This document shows, in pieces, positions 44,110 through 52,835 of a DNA stretch of 64,000 bases (its first letter is position 1; each line of letters begins with the position of its first letter). A program made the position numbers and the translations under genes. Below the pieces are notes generated by a model. That model worked only from the letters and a program-made list of their open reading frames with translations. It did no database searches and was not told the origin of the DNA. The DNA is from an uncultured delta proteobacterium (GTDB lineage Bacteria > Desulfobacterota > Binatia > Binatales > Binataceae), in NCBI GenBank assembly GCA_963782535.1, contig CAWAKE010000009.1:408610-472609 (forward strand), given 5' to 3'.

Positions 44110-45741
44110 ATGATGACCGATTCAGGCTCCAGAACGCACCGGCAGTCCCGCTTTTTCGCCGCTTTGGGATTGAGCGCAATCGTCGCGATCGCGCTCGCTG
44201 CCATGGGCAGCGCTGCAACAGCCGTCGCCAGCGCGCCATCTGGCAAGATTACGACCACTATCAGCAATGCGCCCACCTGCTCCGGTGGCTTTCAACATAT
44301 ATGGGTCACCGTCAGCGACGTTCAGGCCCACATGCGCCGCGCCGGATGGCAGGATCTGACCTCCGACCTTGCCGCGAATCCGATGCAGGTCGATCTCCTG
44401 GATGAGTCGCCAACCGATTGCTTCCTCGCAACGCTCGGCGTCACCAGCGGCCTCCCGCCGGGAAAGTACCAGCAAATCCGCATAATTCTCTTCGATGGCA
44501 CCTCCCATGGTAAGGGCGGTACCCACGGTAAGGGCGGCACCCACGGCCACGGCCACGGTCACCATGGTCCGCCTGTCACTCCGACTCCTCCCATGACCAA
44601 CGCCTGCTCGTCCATCGGCGTCTTCAATTGTGTTGATACCGGCAGCGGCCTCTTCCCAATCAAGTTGACCAGCGAAGCGAAAACCGGACTTAAGATCCCG
44701 CCCGGTCAGATTGCCGGCCACGGCCTGGTCATCGCTTCCGGTCAGGGCGCCGATCTCGATATCGACTTCAACGCCTGCCAGTCCGTCAAACAGGCCGGCA
44801 AAAGCGGCAAGTACATCCTCAAGCCGACCCTCCATGCCGGTGAGGTCGACACCAGCGCGATCATCTCCGGTGTCGTAGTAGAGGGTAATGTCAGCGGCCC
44901 CGACGTCGTTCCCGATACGACCTCCCCGGTGGCCGGCGCCAACCTCTAGCTCGAGAGCCAGACCCCGCCGCTCGACTACACCATCGGAACCCCCGCAGCC
45001 GCTCCGACTCCCGTCACGGCGCAAGTTGAAAACGTCGTTCGCACCACCACCAGCAACGCCGACGGAAGCTTCGGCTTCTGCCCGATGCCCGCCGGAACCT
45101 ATGAAATCGTCACCGACAGCAGCTCGATGCCCTCGGCCCCAACCGATGCCTCCAACGCGACCATCACCACCGGCGTCGTCGTTACCAATTCTGGCGGCCC
45201 CAATAATCTCGTGATTCCACTGCTCGACGACGCGAGCGGACCGGCGACGCTCCAGTCGATCGTCACGACCGAAAACTCGACCACGCCGCCCGGCGCCGGC
45301 GATAACGTCGAGCTCGCCGGCGTGCAGCCCTTCGACGGTAATTCCGGCCCGGTGCAGGCGATCGTGCCGCCGCTGGCCGGAACGCTGCCGACGCCCGGAC
45401 CCGACGGTCTGTCCTCGGTCGTGACCACGAGCACAGTGAATGCCGCCGATTGTTCGGATGCTGGGGTTTCAGCCGCGACCTGCCCAACCGGCACCAATTG
45501 CGCCTGCTTCACCTTGGCGCTTCCGGCCAGCAACCCGGTCATCGGCTCCGCTACCTCCGGAACCTACGCGGTTCCGGCTGCGACGCCCGCCGTTTACTCG
45601 GTTACCGGTGCCGCCTCGAGCCTGACCACGCCGGGGGCTCCGGAATGCGCGCCTTCGACCATGATCACCGACCCGGCCAGCCCGCTCGCCGTGCCGACCG
45701 CGATCGCCACGCCAATCCTTAGTTTCGGAGCTTGCGACTAA
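44110..45741 (+). pseudogene. DUF4382-type secreted protein interrupted by an in-frame TAG at 44947-44949
   Basis: ORFs 43987-44949 and 45085-45741 are in the same frame and the gap is open (ANL*LESQTPPLDY...DGSFGFCPMPAGTYEIV). Motifs HIWVTVSDVQAH, LPPGKYQQIRIIL, IDFNACQSV, YILKPTL. Confidence 0.75.
44504..44567 (+). repeat. Intragenic 18-bp tandem repeat plus CCACGG repeats encoding a His/Gly-rich insert
   Basis: CCCATGGTAAGGGCGGTA / CCCACGGTAAGGGCGGCA / CCCACGGCCACGGCCACGG encodes HGKGGTHGKGGTHGHGHGHHG. Confidence 0.8.
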
Positions 45742-45769
45742 GGCAGCCTGGCATTGAAACAATCGTAAT

Positions 45770-45804
45770 CGGCCGCGCGGCGCGTCTGCAGCGCCGCGCG
45801 GCCG
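45770..45804 (+). terminator. GC-rich hairpin after the DUF4382 gene
   Basis: CGGCCGCGCGGCGC-GTCTGCA-GCGCCGCGCGGCCG, a 14-bp stem with no U-tract. Confidence 0.45.
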
Positions 45805-46008
45805 GCGATAACCCGATCCGGCGGTCGAGCGCATAGCTCCTCCGCCGTTTCATTTTGTACGCCCTCGGCCCGCCGCTTCCGCACCCGCTCCGATTCACCT
45901 TTGGGCGCTTGCTGCCCGTCGCCCCGGCGCGGCCGGATGCCGAACTGTTGGCATCCGAAGGCGATTTGCTAAGGTGCGAATCACTCAACCGAATACTGGA
46001 GTCGCGAT

Positions 46009-47100
46009 ATGGCGAAACGAAAAATATTGATTGCTGGAGCGTCGGGGCTGGTCGGCTACGCGGCTGTGCGCCATTTCGCCAGGCTCGAGGGTTGGGAAGT
46101 CGTCGCCGTTTCGCGCCGCTCTCCCGCCCCGGTCGAGGGCGCCTCCTTTATGTCAGTTGACCTGCTCGACGCCCGCCGCTGCGAGGAAGTCTTTTCCCAA
46201 ATGTCCGACGTCACTCACGTCGTCTTCGCGGCCGTCAACGAAAAGCCCAACCTCCTCGAAGGCTGGCTCGAGCGCAAGCAGATGGAAGTCAACCTCTCGA
46301 TGCTGCGCAACCTCTTCGACCCGCTGCACAAGGTCGCGAAAAATCTCAAGCACGTCACCGTCATGCAGGGCACCAAAGCCTACGGCGCGCATATCGGCCC
46401 GATGGCCACGCCGGCGCGCGAACGCGCACCGCGCCATCCGCATGAAAATTTCTACTGGCTCCAGGAGGATTACATCCGCGAAAAGCAGGCCGGCCGCCCC
46501 TGGGCTTGGACCATCCTGCGCCCGCAACTCGTCGTCGGCGAGGCGGTCGGCAGCAACCTCAACGTCATTCCCGCGATCGGCGTCTATGCCGCCGTCTGGA
46601 AGGAAGCGGGCCGCCCGCTTTCGTTCCCCGGAGGTCCGCCCTACCTGTTCGAACTGGTTGACGTCGATCTGCTCGCGCGTTCCATGGAATGGGCGGCCAC
46701 CACCCCCGCCTGCCGCAACCAGCACTTCAACATCACCAATGGCGACGTCTTCCAATGGTCGGAAGTGTGGCCGACTGTCGCCGACGCCCTCGGCATGCAG
46801 GTCGGGCCGCCCGAGCCCCTGTCGCTGGTCAAGGAGATGCCGAAACACGCCGCCGAATGGGCCGCAATCGTCAAAAAATACGGCCTCGCCGCGCCCGCCG
46901 ACATGCACGAGTTTGTCGGCGAGTCATTCGGCCTGGCCGATTTCGCCTTCGCCAGCGGCGCTCACGAGGTCCATCCGATCCTCGTCAGCACCATCAAGGC
47001 CCGGCAGGCCGGCTTTCACGATTGCATCGATAGCGAAGACTTGCTCCGAAAATGCTTTCGCCGCTTCCAGGAGCTCAACCTGTTACCGAAACCCAATTGA
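46009..47100 (+). CDS. Extended SDR of the PRISE type (progesterone 5-beta-reductase / iridoid synthase-like)
   Basis: GASGLVG, QGTKAYG, NFYWLQED (NFYxxxED motif), WTILRP, FNITNGDVFQW. Confidence 0.85.
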   Translation: MAKRKILIAGASGLVGYAAVRHFARLEGWEVVAVSRRSPAPVEGASFMSVDLLDARRCEEVFSQMSDVTHVVFAAVNEKPNLLEGWLERKQMEVNLSMLRNLFDPLHKVAKNLKHVTVMQGTKAYGAHIGPMATPARERAPRHPHENFYWLQEDYIREKQAGRPWAWTILRPQLVVGEAVGSNLNVIPAIGVYAAVWKEAGRPLSFPGGPPYLFELVDVDLLARSMEWAATTPACRNQHFNITNGDVFQWSEVWPTVADALGMQVGPPEPLSLVKEMPKHAAEWAAIVKKYGLAAPADMHEFVGESFGLADFAFASGAHEVHPILVSTIKARQAGFHDCIDSEDLLRKCFRRFQELNLLPKPN

Positions 47101-47137
47101 TTGAACTTCGAGGTGCGCCCGGCAAGCGGCGCCCCGG

Positions 47138-47564
47138 TCACGTGGTTAGCTGCACGCGTTTGGTGAGTCTGTCCGCAACGTCGCTAATAAATTCATAGGC
47201 CGCACGCGCATTGCGCCGGTCGGCATACCAAGTGGCGATTAGCTGGGTATCAGCATCAAGCGCCGTCCACGTCCAAACGTCGCGATGCCCGAACTGACCA
47301 CGATTCTCTCGCGAGACGTTCCGTTGCTTCGCATATGCGAAGCTCCAATATACGAAGCTCCAAATTTCGTCATCCTGAATGCGCTGGCATCATAAATTAA
47401 GCACTGTGCGGTCTCGATAGTCTAGGAAGGAATTTCCAGCGTCCGCTAGAAGCTTGACAATCGTGTCTTTGCTGGCGTTCGCCATTCGAGCGATTGCACG
47501 AATGGCGACGCCTTCCACTATCAGGCCGAGTATCTGCGCGCTTCTCAATGCTCAAATTGTTTAC
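47138..47564 (-). pseudogene. IS1-family (DDE) transposase remnant
   Basis: Manual translation across one frameshift and a stop: NNLSIEKRA/ILGLIVEGVAIRAIARMANASKDTIVKLLADAG...L*CQRIQDDEIWSFV...AKQRN...DVWTWTALDADTQLI...DRLTKRVQLTT*. Contains an internal 15-bp duplication (47334-47363). Confidence 0.85.
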
Positions 47565-47586
47565 GGTATGGAAATAGGCCTTTAAA

Positions 47587-47600
47587 CTTGAATGGTCAAG
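47587..47600. promoter_or_regulatory. Palindrome between the transposase remnant and the cargo operon
   Basis: CTTGA-ATGG-TCAAG in the divergent spacer. Confidence 0.35.
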
Positions 47601-47656
47601 CATAAGAGTCTATTGAAATCGTTTGTCTGCGTTGCGCTTTCTGACTGTTGATTTAT

Positions 47657-48196
47657 ATGTCACTTCGCGACATAATCCAAAAGCTGATCATTGAGGAGCA
47701 ACTTTATTCAGTTCCGCCGTCATTACCTGGACTGCCGAAGATGCGAGAATTCTATGCTACTAAACCAGTTATGGATCTTCTCTTCGCAAAACTGCCTGAC
47801 AAGAAGCTTGCAGGAATAGGGTACGGGTTGCGCGGACAAATTGACCATTTCATTGACGGGAAGCGTCTTTGGGTGCGCCCCGATGGTGACGAAGGCACTA
47901 AAGCATGGCTCGCTCGTCTCGATCCGGTTGTTGACGAGGTATGGGAGTTTCGCGGGCTAAAGCCAAAACCAAGTGTCAGAATCTTCGGCACGATACCCTA
48001 TAAGGATTGTTTTGTCGGCCTCAATTGGGCGAAGCGAAAAGACTTAGGCTGTCGATATTCGGAAGAGTGGGTCGAAGCAATTCAGTATTTCAAAGAAAAA
48101 TGGCTAGAATTCTTTGGCATCCCGTGCACACACGAATTCTGGAGTTACCCCGATGACTACTTATCAGACGCAAGATTTATTTACGGAAATTCTTGA
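47657..48196 (+). CDS. Hypothetical protein, putative RelE/HigB-like toxin
   Basis: Intact 179-aa ORF. LARLDPVVDEVWEFR...PSVRIFG...DCFVGL resembles the RelE-fold pattern (L..L....vwE.R....R.f). It precedes an HTH gene. Confidence 0.5.
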   Translation: MSLRDIIQKLIIEEQLYSVPPSLPGLPKMREFYATKPVMDLLFAKLPDKKLAGIGYGLRGQIDHFIDGKRLWVRPDGDEGTKAWLARLDPVVDEVWEFRGLKPKPSVRIFGTIPYKDCFVGLNWAKRKDLGCRYSEEWVEAIQYFKEKWLEFFGIPCTHEFWSYPDDYLSDARFIYGNS

Positions 48197-48620
48197 AGGA
48201 ACCCCTATCCCACCGGAGAAACTGGAATACTTTCGCGCACGATTCCGACTTCAGGTCTATAACCTTGTGGCCAGTGCATTTAGCCAACAAGAGACCTTAA
48301 CTCAAGCCGGATATGCCCGACGAATACACCGTAAGCGTGAAGTACTCAATCGTCTGCTCAATAACCCTAGCAATTCGAGACTAGATACTGTCTGCGATCT
48401 TCTTGTCGGGTTGAAGCTTTTACCAATACTCGAAAGCGAGCGTATTGTAGATCGGCTGACGCCGCCCCACCGCGAACAGCAAGCGTCGAGCCTCATAGAC
48501 TCATTGCCGGGCAAGCAAGATGCGTCGCCATCAAAACAACGACCAGTAACAATCCCACCTCTAGGCAGCGCGATTGACGCAAAGCAGGGATATGGAAAGA
48601 CGTCGTTGATGCAGTCATGA
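48153..48620 (+). CDS. XRE-family HTH protein with long C-terminal tail, putative antitoxin
   Basis: GGAG RBS and ATG 48153; LTQAGYARRIHRKREVLNRLLNNPSNSRLDTVCDLLVGL is a Cro/XRE HTH. Overlaps the upstream gene by 44 nt. Confidence 0.65.
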   Translation: MTTYQTQDLFTEILEGTPIPPEKLEYFRARFRLQVYNLVASAFSQQETLTQAGYARRIHRKREVLNRLLNNPSNSRLDTVCDLLVGLKLLPILESERIVDRLTPPHREQQASSLIDSLPGKQDASPSKQRPVTIPPLGSAIDAKQGYGKTSLMQS

Positions 48621-49333
48621 AAGTTCTTTCGGTCATGCGAGCGGAAAGTGTTCGAGCCATGCGTATAGTTGGCGGCGATTATGGCTATCTGCCTGAGGCG
48701 GCAGCCCTGTTTGCCAAGCAATATGGCTTTATTGGAACACCAACAGCGGGAGAGATTGCCGCTGCGGAGCCTGCCAAGGGAGTAATATTCCGCAACGGCA
48801 AATTAGAAACATCCGACAGATTGATTCCTATCGATCTTTTTCAACTATTTCCAAGCGGTCTATCTGTGGTAACACACTCCAACACGACGGACTCCGATCT
48901 TGTTCTTGATCACATTACCGAATGGGGAAAATACACGTTCAAGCTCGAAATTGAGCCTTTAAAGAAAGGCATTGGACATTCGAGTAATCTTGAGGTCAGG
49001 CTACAGAAGTCCCTGCCGACCCTATTCCCGTTTCTCTCGGATATAGGTGCGGCAATTACGAAAGGATTGGATGATTGGTGGGATATTAAATCACCCTATG
49101 AATTGATCAACATCAATTTCTGGCACGACAAAACTAAAAACCCGCAATTTGCGCCGCCAGCATTTCGCCTAGATCGACGCGATAATGTGCCGTTTGAGCA
49201 AGAAGTCTATTACTCAGAAGCTCCGATGAGTACGGAAAAGCATATCGCGGTGCTTGAAAAATTAGAAAGTGTTTGTTTGAATGCTCTTGAAAACCTGAAG
49301 CAGGGAAGTGGCAGTGGAGGGATGGCTCAGTGA
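48617..49333 (+). CDS. Hypothetical protein, third gene of the cargo operon
   Basis: 238-aa ORF coupled to the HTH gene by an ATGA overlap; no family recognised. Confidence 0.7.
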   Translation: MKVLSVMRAESVRAMRIVGGDYGYLPEAAALFAKQYGFIGTPTAGEIAAAEPAKGVIFRNGKLETSDRLIPIDLFQLFPSGLSVVTHSNTTDSDLVLDHITEWGKYTFKLEIEPLKKGIGHSSNLEVRLQKSLPTLFPFLSDIGAAITKGLDDWWDIKSPYELININFWHDKTKNPQFAPPAFRLDRRDNVPFEQEVYYSEAPMSTEKHIAVLEKLESVCLNALENLKQGSGSGGMAQ

Positions 49334-49476
49334 CCTGAGACACCCGGCTATCGACTGGGCGCGCACTGCTAACCCACGGTGTCGTGAGTTTGAATCTCGC
49401 CTCTCCATCAACGGGAATTTCCGTGAGTCCGGCACATTGGGCGATCATGTGTAATTCCGTATCATTTGGATTTTGT

Positions 49477-49700
49477 CTAGCGTTTCTTGACTGCATCTTG
49501 GGCGATCTCTCTCCGTCGCTCAGGCGTGAGCTTATCAGCTTTGGCCCGTCCGCCCTTTGATCCGCCCAGCTTTCCAAGCGCAACAGCAGCCGCATTCCGA
49601 TTGTCATCAACGTGATCCTCGGTTTCCCTATCGTAATATCTCCGATGAGCTTGGCGAGCGCAATCGGGTCGCGCAGACGTTTCTCGCAGGTTGCGGCCAC
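49477..49700 (-). pseudogene. Small basic protein of the type accompanying IS1-like elements (frameshifted)
   Basis: KRLRDPIALAKLIGDITIG / ETEDHVDDNRNAAAVALGKLGGSKGGRAKADKLTPERRREIAQDAVKKR*; frameshift in the GGGAAA run near 49625. Confidence 0.7.
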
Positions 49701-49826
49701 TACGATATCGCGTCACTTGCCAAAAGATGCAGCGCCGTGTCAACAGTTGCGGATTTGAAACTGACCGACTACCCAATTACGCGGGGCTTGGAACTGCGCG
49801 CCGCCTGGAATTGCGCAGGCCGGCGA

Positions 49827-50939
49827 TCACGCGCTGACGCGCGAGACCACCGCTGCCAGCCGGCTCCGCGACGCCCGCGCACCCAGCCCCGCCGCGTCCA
49901 GCCGCTCGAAATATTCGCGCACCGCCAAGCCGATAAATTTCCGCACCGCCGCGCGCCCCGCCTCAACCTGCGCCGCCTCGAGCCCGCCTCCCGCGATAAT
50001 GATCAGCGGCTCGGTCAGCTCGGGGCTGCCCAGCAGCGCCAGCATCACATGCTCTTCGCCGTCGAGCCATGCGTTCAGCGCCGCCCGTTGCTCCGGCTGA
50101 TGCGCCAGATGGTAGGCCAACGCGCCGCCTCCGTACGCCACGTGCCGCGCCGCATCCTGCATCGCATAACCCATGATCGCGCGATCGGCCCGCGTCGGCG
50201 CAAACGCCGCCAGGTACCGGTAAAGCGCCAGCAGGAACCCGCCCAGCGCCAGGTTGATCATGAGCGATCCGCGCGGAAACTCATCGGCCCACAGCCACTG
50301 CTTGAGTCCCTGTTCGGCCGCCACGTTGGCCCGGCCCAGCCCCGTGCCGCCGTACAGCGCGCGCTTGCGAAACGCTTCGAGCAGCCGCGCCCCGTCGAGC
50401 ATCTGCGCGCACATGAAACTCTTCTGCTCGATAAATTCTTGGTTGATCAGCGCCACCCAGCGCGACGGAAAATCCAGCGCCACCGCGGCGCACTCCTGCA
50501 TGAACGTATAGACCTGCGCGCACGCCGCTTCGAGTTTGGGCTCCAGCGGATTGGCGTCGAGATCCGTCCACGGTACGTCCAGCGCCGGCGCCCAGCGCCG
50601 CGCCTTGCTCTCTTCGTAAAGCTCGGCCACGTTGTCCGACCATACGTCCGACTTGCGGTTGACCAGGTAGCCCATGTCGGGCAGCTTGCCCCACTTCTCG
50701 CTGCCCCGCGCCGCCATCGATTGGCTGGTGCGCACCATCTCCGGGATTTTGCTGTAGCCGTAACTGCCGAGGTCGAGGTCCTGGTAAACCAGCCCGCGCC
50801 GCGCGTCGCTCGGGCGGCCCTTGACCTTTTCCGTGTCCGCGTCGATCCAGTGCAGCGACAGGTTGCCCTGCATCACCGCGTTCATCGCGTCGAGGACCGC
50901 CTGGTCCTCCGTGTAATCCTTGTCGGCGTAAAAGGCCAT
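49827..50939 (-). CDS. Ferritin-like protein with degenerate di-iron site (putative structural subunit)
   Basis: Full-length paralog of 50980-52128, with ligand positions reading QECA, DGARL, ALGG, DAARH. Confidence 0.8.
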   Translation of the reverse strand: MAFYADKDYTEDQAVLDAMNAVMQGNLSLHWIDADTEKVKGRPSDARRGLVYQDLDLGSYGYSKIPEMVRTSQSMAARGSEKWGKLPDMGYLVNRKSDVWSDNVAELYEESKARRWAPALDVPWTDLDANPLEPKLEAACAQVYTFMQECAAVALDFPSRWVALINQEFIEQKSFMCAQMLDGARLLEAFRKRALYGGTGLGRANVAAEQGLKQWLWADEFPRGSLMINLALGGFLLALYRYLAAFAPTRADRAIMGYAMQDAARHVAYGGGALAYHLAHQPEQRAALNAWLDGEEHVMLALLGSPELTEPLIIIAGGGLEAAQVEAGRAAVRKFIGLAVREYFERLDAAGLGARASRSRLAAVVSRVSA

Positions 50940-50979
50940 TTTTTAATTGCCGGTCGTCAGCTCGATTCGAGCCGGCGGC

Positions 50980-52128
50980 TTAGAACTTGATTCCGGCCTC
51001 CGCAGCTGCCGTCTTGCCCATCTCGAACATATTCCACAGCCGCGAGCGATCGCCGCTCTTGCGCTCGGGCATCCCGCACTTGTCCAGCCGCTCGAAATGT
51101 TCCCGCATCTGCTTGAGCTGAAAGGCGGTGGTGATCTTGACGCCCTCCGCGATATTTTCCTGCCTGAGGCCGCCGCCGGCGAGCACGATAAACGATTCCG
51201 TCAGCTCGGTCGCCGTGCCCGACGCAAACGAGATGTTCTCGGCTTCGTCCAGATGGCTGTGCAGGATCTCGCGCTTTTGCGGAAACTGATCCAGCACCCA
51301 CTTGAAATGCTGCATGCCATAGCCGACGTGCCGCGCTTCATCCTGCATCACCAGCCGGAAAATCCGCTTGTCAACGTCGGTCGGCGATAGAAATTCGCTG
51401 AAGCGAAACAGCGTCAGCACGTTGCCCTCGGCCACCAGATGCAGCGCCACCGACATTTCGCTGAAGGAGTCGGCGTCGCGCAGATGCTTGAGCGCCATCT
51501 CGTTCATCGGGCTCGCCTTCATCAGGCCATGGCCCGTCGTCAGCGCGCGCTTGCGAAAAACCTCGGCGTGGCGCGCTTCGTCCATCGCCTGCGCCGCGAT
51601 AAAGGCGCGCACCTCGATAAATTCCGGGTTGAGCCGCGGCAGCCACATCGCCGGCGTATCGGTCGCGATCATCTCGACTTCGGTCAGGAACGTCATCAAC
51701 TGCGAGAGCGCCTTGCCGGTCGCCTCGGGCAGCTCGACCCCCTCCAGCCGGTCCCACGGAATATCCGTGGTCGCATTCCATTGCCGCGTCACCGCCTCTT
51801 CATAATAGCCGTCGGTGTTATGCGCCCAGACCTCGCTCTTGCGCGAGACCCACGGCTGCGCATCCGGCAGGCCCTCGGGCAACTCGGCGCCGCGCGCTGC
51901 GAACGAGCGGTTGCGCCGCAATTTTTCCGGCAGATCGCTGTAGCCGTACCCGCCCAGATTGATATCGCGATAGATCAGTCCGCGACGCGGATTCTCGGCC
52001 TGTGGCTTCACCTTCTCGGTGTCTGCCGCCATCCACGACAAATCCAGTTCGCCGGTGCGAATCGTGTAAAGCCACTTGTCGATGAAATCGCGATCCTCGA
52101 AGTAGTCTTTCGTTGCGAGATATCCCAT
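50980..52128 (-). CDS. Ferritin-like di-iron carboxylate protein (putative catalytic subunit)
   Basis: Complete ligand pattern LTEVE ... DEARH ... VAEG ... DEARH. Confidence 0.85.
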   Translation of the reverse strand: MGYLATKDYFEDRDFIDKWLYTIRTGELDLSWMAADTEKVKPQAENPRRGLIYRDINLGGYGYSDLPEKLRRNRSFAARGAELPEGLPDAQPWVSRKSEVWAHNTDGYYEEAVTRQWNATTDIPWDRLEGVELPEATGKALSQLMTFLTEVEMIATDTPAMWLPRLNPEFIEVRAFIAAQAMDEARHAEVFRKRALTTGHGLMKASPMNEMALKHLRDADSFSEMSVALHLVAEGNVLTLFRFSEFLSPTDVDKRIFRLVMQDEARHVGYGMQHFKWVLDQFPQKREILHSHLDEAENISFASGTATELTESFIVLAGGGLRQENIAEGVKITTAFQLKQMREHFERLDKCGMPERKSGDRSRLWNMFEMGKTAAAEAGIKF

Positions 52129-52144
52129 CGTGGCCTCCGCCCGG

Positions 52145-52582
52145 TCAGAAACTCACGTCAAGCTGGCTCGTCAGGTCGAAAAATTCCTGAATCGATTCCA
52201 TGAAACGATAGAGCTTGTCATGCCCCTCGGGCTCGGCGTAGCTCACCTTCAGCGCCTCACCGAAATGGGTCAGCGTGTTGATGTCATGATGGGTGTCGGC
52301 TTCGCCATTGCGCTTGATGTTGTCGATCATCTCGCGCCAGACCGCAGCGTCGCCCGCGATCGTAAAATCGACCGCCGCTGCGTCGATCTCGTCCACTTCG
52401 CGCACCCCAGCCAACTCAAACACCTCAAAACTAAGTATAAAGTTGCGTAGCTGGTTACTGTCGGCGATAGTGACGCCAAACGTGGTATCGATAAAGCCCA
52501 AGCGACGAAAACGCGCCTCCTCGGCTGCCATTCGCTCGCCAAGCTTTTCGAAATACTCCGTAGAGGGAAATTTTAGACCCAT
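52145..52582 (-). CDS. Small hypothetical protein, possible SCP2 (sterol-carrier)-like fold
   Basis: MGLKFPSTEYF..., DFTIAGDAAVWREMI resembles SCP2-like proteins; first gene of the ferritin-like operon. Confidence 0.55.
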   Translation of the reverse strand: MGLKFPSTEYFEKLGERMAAEEARFRRLGFIDTTFGVTIADSNQLRNFILSFEVFELAGVREVDEIDAAAVDFTIAGDAAVWREMIDNIKRNGEADTHHDINTLTHFGEALKVSYAEPEGHDKLYRFMESIQEFFDLTSQLDVSF

Positions 52583-52835
52583 AAAATCCCGGCCGCCCAA
52601 CCGGTCTTGCGTGGCGCTTGCTCCAACCGCGTCTGACTATCATCATCGCGGGTCATCTTCGGTTGGTCAAGGATGATTTCGGTCGGCAATCCCGTCCACG
52701 AAAGGGCTCGACGATCGCCCGATCGCTCGCGCCTATCGACGAAAAGGCCGCAAGTGATGCCGTCCTCAATTCGCTCGCCGCGTGCCATCGGTCCGGCGCT
52801 CCGACCGATGCGCTCATGAATCGGTCACGCTCGCT

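Larger units (their letters stand above)
47138..49773 (-). mobile_element. Decayed IS1-family cargo-carrying element (low-GC island)
   Basis: One IS1-like end (GGTAGTCGGTCAGTTTCA on the minus strand, 49773-49756), a small basic-protein pseudogene, three cargo genes and a truncated transposase pseudogene. A 60-bp sample at 48001-48060 is 45% GC, well below the flanks. Confidence 0.7.

Noticed and set aside
46031-47104. 357-aa alternative-frame ORF over the SDR gene
   Set aside because: Ser/Arg/Pro-rich off-frame translation with no motifs.
49615-49635. Programmed -1 frameshift at GGGAAAC in the small basic-protein gene
   Set aside because: The heptamer is not in the required X XXY YYZ phase and the element shows other decay, so a 1-bp deletion is simpler.
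49557-50990. 477-aa plus-strand ORF
   Set aside because: Arg/Pro-rich antisense shadow of the ferritin-like gene, typical of high-GC DNA.
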